A stretch of DNA of 10,211 nt from Calditrichia bacterium (GTDB taxonomy: Bacteria > Calditrichota > Calditrichia > RBG-13-44-9 > J075), in NCBI GenBank assembly GCA_050633245.1, contig JBOEGD010000009.1:343134-353344 (forward strand), written 5' to 3'. Positions 7,580 to 10,211 of the stretch are shown in pieces (the first letter of the stretch is position 1; each line of letters starts with the position of its first letter). Under the pieces are notes generated by a model. It was not told the origin of the DNA and searched no databases. It saw only the letters and a program-made list of their open reading frames with translations. The position numbers were made by a program, and so were the translations under genes.

Positions 7580-8668
7580 GTGAATAAAACGTTTACCAGA
7601 CTCTACTCTCTCTTTACCAGCGATCTGAAGATGAGCGAAATTGAGCGCCTTGTAAAGAATGATGCGCCTGGCGTGTATGATTTTTATATGCGTGAAATCG
7701 AAGCGACTGAAGAAAGCAATCCGCTTAAGCGTGGCATGACATTTATTGGCAACCTGTTTACTGCCTTTCTACTTAAAATGCACCCGGCCCGTCGCTTTTT
7801 ATACCTGATCATCTCGATTCTGTTCCTCTATGCCTTTGCAATAAACGACTGGTCAGCGGGCGTTTTGGCATTCCTCTTACTCAATATGCTTCTTGCATTC
7901 GAGCTGGCAGACAAGCTGACGGCGAAGGATGAGTTAGAAGTAGCGAGAGAAATTCAGAGCAGTCTGATGCCGCCGGAAGATCCGTCTCATAAGGATTATG
8001 ACATCGCCTGTTTTTCGGAAGCGGCGCGTGAGGTAGGGGGCGACTACTACGATTTTATTGATTCACAGAATGGCAGTAAAGACACATTCGTGGTAATAGG
8101 TGATGTTTCCGGAAAGGGAATGGGGGCCGCGCTACACATGGTGCAGATGCAGGCACTATTGCAGAATTTGGTGGTACAACACCACAAACCCTGCGAGGTG
8201 CTTTCCTCTCTCAATAAGAACTTAAACTACGTACTGCCAACCGGAACGTTTATCACGGCAAATATGGCAACCATTCACAGTGACAACCGCATTACCCTCT
8301 GTCGTGCCGGTCATATGCCGCTCCTGCATTTCTCAGCAACAAACAAAGATTGTCGCGAGATAATGCCCGCAGGAATTGGGCTCGGACTTTCACCCGATCG
8401 TTTTGATGATTTGATGGAAGAGGCTATCGTTGAGGTAAATCAAAACGATGTTCTGATTTTCTACACAGATGGCGTAGTGGAAATGATGAATCGCGAGAAG
8501 GAAGAATATGGCGAACGGCGTCTAAAAGAAGTTGTCGCTGCGAACTATCAAAAACCCGCAGCCGAACTAAAAGACGCCATTCTTACCTCACTGGCCAGCT
8601 TTCGCGGCAGTGCACCACCACATGACGACCTTACCATGATTATCATGAAGCGTAACCAGTTGAATTAG
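7580..8668 (+). CDS. Membrane-anchored PP2C/SpoIIE-family (RsbU-like) Ser/Thr protein phosphatase
   Basis: PPM/PP2C motifs ELEVAREIQSSLMP, EVGGDYYDF, IGDVSGKG, RAGHMP, YTDGVVE and DDLT. About two TM segments near aa 73-108. GTG start. Confidence 0.92.
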   Translation: MNKTFTRLYSLFTSDLKMSEIERLVKNDAPGVYDFYMREIEATEESNPLKRGMTFIGNLFTAFLLKMHPARRFLYLIISILFLYAFAINDWSAGVLAFLLLNMLLAFELADKLTAKDELEVAREIQSSLMPPEDPSHKDYDIACFSEAAREVGGDYYDFIDSQNGSKDTFVVIGDVSGKGMGAALHMVQMQALLQNLVVQHHKPCEVLSSLNKNLNYVLPTGTFITANMATIHSDNRITLCRAGHMPLLHFSATNKDCREIMPAGIGLGLSPDRFDDLMEEAIVEVNQNDVLIFYTDGVVEMMNREKEEYGERRLKEVVAANYQKPAAELKDAILTSLASFRGSAPPHDDLTMIIMKRNQLN

Positions 8669-9114
8669 CCCAACAGCCGAAAGAGTGGGCGCCACCATGG
8701 TATGGCAAAAAGCATTAGAATTCCGGCCAGCAGATAACAGGACAACGCCCAACGATTACTCGTTTTTACGGTTTGTGCCTTGCGCGACCGAGCAACCCCC
8801 AGATGAATCATACCAATTGCCAGCAACATCATAAATGTATGTTCAACGGCGAAGAAACGCAGTTCTGTCGTTTTCATTGCTTCCCCCATATTGCGGATCG
8901 CCATGTTCGCTACACTGCCGGGGATAAGATAAAACACTGCTCCAATTAGAAGTTGCAGACTGGTAGCATGCATAACACTTTTTGCCAAAATAGTATTGGG
9001 ACGTGTTAAACTATTGCTAAGAACGCCTTTTAGCGAATCAAGTATTGCAAATAGTAGCAATACAAGCACAACCCAGCGTAAAACATTATGAACGATAAGC
9101 GTGATTTCGTACAT
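8665..9114 (-). CDS. Four-helix integral membrane protein with conserved-looking histidines (cytochrome b-like, uncharacterised)
   Basis: 149 aa with four hydrophobic segments. Motifs HNVLRW, H..LQLLIG, LRFFAVEH, IHLG and AIPW. His at 9, 49, 92 and 104. GGGAGG SD upstream. Its stop codon overlaps that of the phosphatase by 4 nt. Confidence 0.8.
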   Translation of the reverse strand: MYEITLIVHNVLRWVVLVLLLFAILDSLKGVLSNSLTRPNTILAKSVMHATSLQLLIGAVFYLIPGSVANMAIRNMGEAMKTTELRFFAVEHTFMMLLAIGMIHLGVARSRKAQTVKTSNRWALSCYLLAGILMLFAIPWWRPLFRLLG

Positions 9115-9184
9115 CCATATTCCTCCCGTTTATCAGACCTCTTCCTATTCCTATCGGCACAACTAGGCACAAAACGATCCTTAT

Positions 9185-9213
9185 ATTATACTAAAATGAT
9201 CGAGAATGTCCAA
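9185..9213 (-). promoter_or_regulatory. Putative sigma70-type promoter for 8665-9114
   Basis: Minus strand TTGGAC (9213-9208) - 17 nt - TATAAT (9190-9185); the -10 is a perfect consensus. Confidence 0.65.
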
Positions 9214-9233
9214 CAACGCACAAAAATGCGCCG

Positions 9234-10139
9234 TTAGAATGGTAGCGGTTCGCCAGTCGTCTCAGCACGCTGATGGTGTAGTTTTTGAAGCTGTCGCGTA
9301 ATCGAACCAGCCTTACCATCTCCAATTGTTCGTCCATCTACTTCGAGAACGGGTGAAAGCTCGCCCATCGAGCCGGTTGTAAACATTTCATCGGCAGAAT
9401 AAATTTCGCTTATTGAAATATTTCGCTCGACGACTTCCAGGCCATCCTCAACTCCGAGCTCCATAACCAATGCACGGGTAATGCCTGGTAAGCAGCTGTC
9501 CGCATGCGGCGTTAGCAGAACACCTTTTTTCACAATAAAAATATTTGTAGCATTGGTTTCGGAAGCAAAGCCATTCAGATCGAGCATAACCGCATCATCT
9601 ACACCAGCAACATTTGCTTCAATTTTTGCAAGAATATTATTGATCAGATTATTGTGGTGAATCTTTGAGTCTACGCACTGTGGGTTATTGCGACGAATCG
9701 AGGAGGTAATTAAACGAATGCCATCGTTATCGTAAACCGGTTTTTTCCACTCAGCAACAATAATCAGGGTTGGCCCATATTGATTATTAGTCGGGCTCAT
9801 CCCGCTGCTCACTTTTTTGCCACGGGTTAAGGTCAGGCGCATATGAGCTTCATCGCGCATATTGTTCGCTTTTAACGTATCGAAAACCGCCTGCTTAATT
9901 TCTTCTCTGGTTGGCATATCCGTAAACGCCATGGCATGAGCACTATCAAAAAGGCGATCCATGTGCTCGTCAAAACAGAAAATGCGCCCGTTATAGACGC
10001 GAATTCCTTCCCAAACAGCATCTCCACCCTGCACAACACTATCAAAAACAGAAACCTTTGCTTCATCCCGCGGATAAAGTCCGTCGCCAACATAAATCAT
10101 AATGTTTTCATTTCTTGAGTCAGGTAGTACAGGTGTCAT
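9234..10139 (-). CDS. Aminotransferase class IV (fold type IV PLP enzyme), branched-chain aminotransferase-like subtype
   Basis: Motifs VSVFDS..QGGDAVWEGIRVY, EHMDRLFDSA, SETNATNIF, LPGITR, ADEMFTTGS and PVLEVDGR. The likely PLP lysine is in DSKIHHNNL. GGAG SD upstream of the ATG. Confidence 0.93.
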   Translation of the reverse strand: MTPVLPDSRNENIMIYVGDGLYPRDEAKVSVFDSVVQGGDAVWEGIRVYNGRIFCFDEHMDRLFDSAHAMAFTDMPTREEIKQAVFDTLKANNMRDEAHMRLTLTRGKKVSSGMSPTNNQYGPTLIIVAEWKKPVYDNDGIRLITSSIRRNNPQCVDSKIHHNNLINNILAKIEANVAGVDDAVMLDLNGFASETNATNIFIVKKGVLLTPHADSCLPGITRALVMELGVEDGLEVVERNISISEIYSADEMFTTGSMGELSPVLEVDGRTIGDGKAGSITRQLQKLHHQRAETTGEPLPF

Positions 10140-10183
10140 TTTTGCTCCGTTTGGTTATTTTAAGTTCAAATTTCTGAGTATTA

Positions 10184-10211
10184 CAAAGTAAAAAGTGAAA
10201 AGTGAAAAGTG
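10184..10211. repeat. Heptamer tandem repeat (AAAAGTG)x3 plus one degenerate unit, truncated at the window edge
   Basis: CAAAGTA (10184-10190), then AAAAGTG at 10191-10197, 10198-10204 and 10205-10211. Confidence 0.75.

Noticed and set aside
9234-10139. Assigning the symbol ilvE, dat or pabC
   Set aside because: The active-site region (KIHHNNL) differs from the canonical signatures, so specificity cannot be read from the sequence.
1-10211. CRISPR array, tRNA/rRNA, transposase/integrase, or terminal inverted repeats at the window ends
   Set aside because: I saw no spaced 25-40 bp repeats, RNA gene signatures or recombinase motifs. The two terminal heptamer tracts are not reverse complements of each other.

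Overview
A gene-dense bacterial window with eight credible CDSs. Reading the minus strand from right to left: a class IV PLP aminotransferase of the 'BCAT-like' subtype (9234-10139); a 4-helix His-containing membrane protein (8665-9114); an SRPBCC/START-like protein (6882-7382); two tandem paralogous CBM20 + alpha/beta-hydrolase esterases, one a lipoprotein and one without a signal peptide (5677-6819, 4430-5551); and a tightly linked pair of uncharacterised exported proteins (2673-4298, 88-2658). A membrane-anchored SpoIIE/PP2C phosphatase lies on the plus strand (7580-8668). The most unusual element is the last pair. Both proteins are built from four tandem copies of one divergent ~120-135 aa Trp-patterned beta-rich domain (eight copies in total, no Cys). 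One protein is soluble and secreted; the other ends in a 5-6 helix membrane domain, which suggests an undescribed cell-surface receptor/partner system. Both window ends fall inside 7-bp tandem repeats. Several genes carry clear Shine-Dalgarno motifs and sigma70-like promoters. I see no rRNA, tRNA, CRISPR array or transposase. All family calls come from motif recognition by eye; no searches were run.
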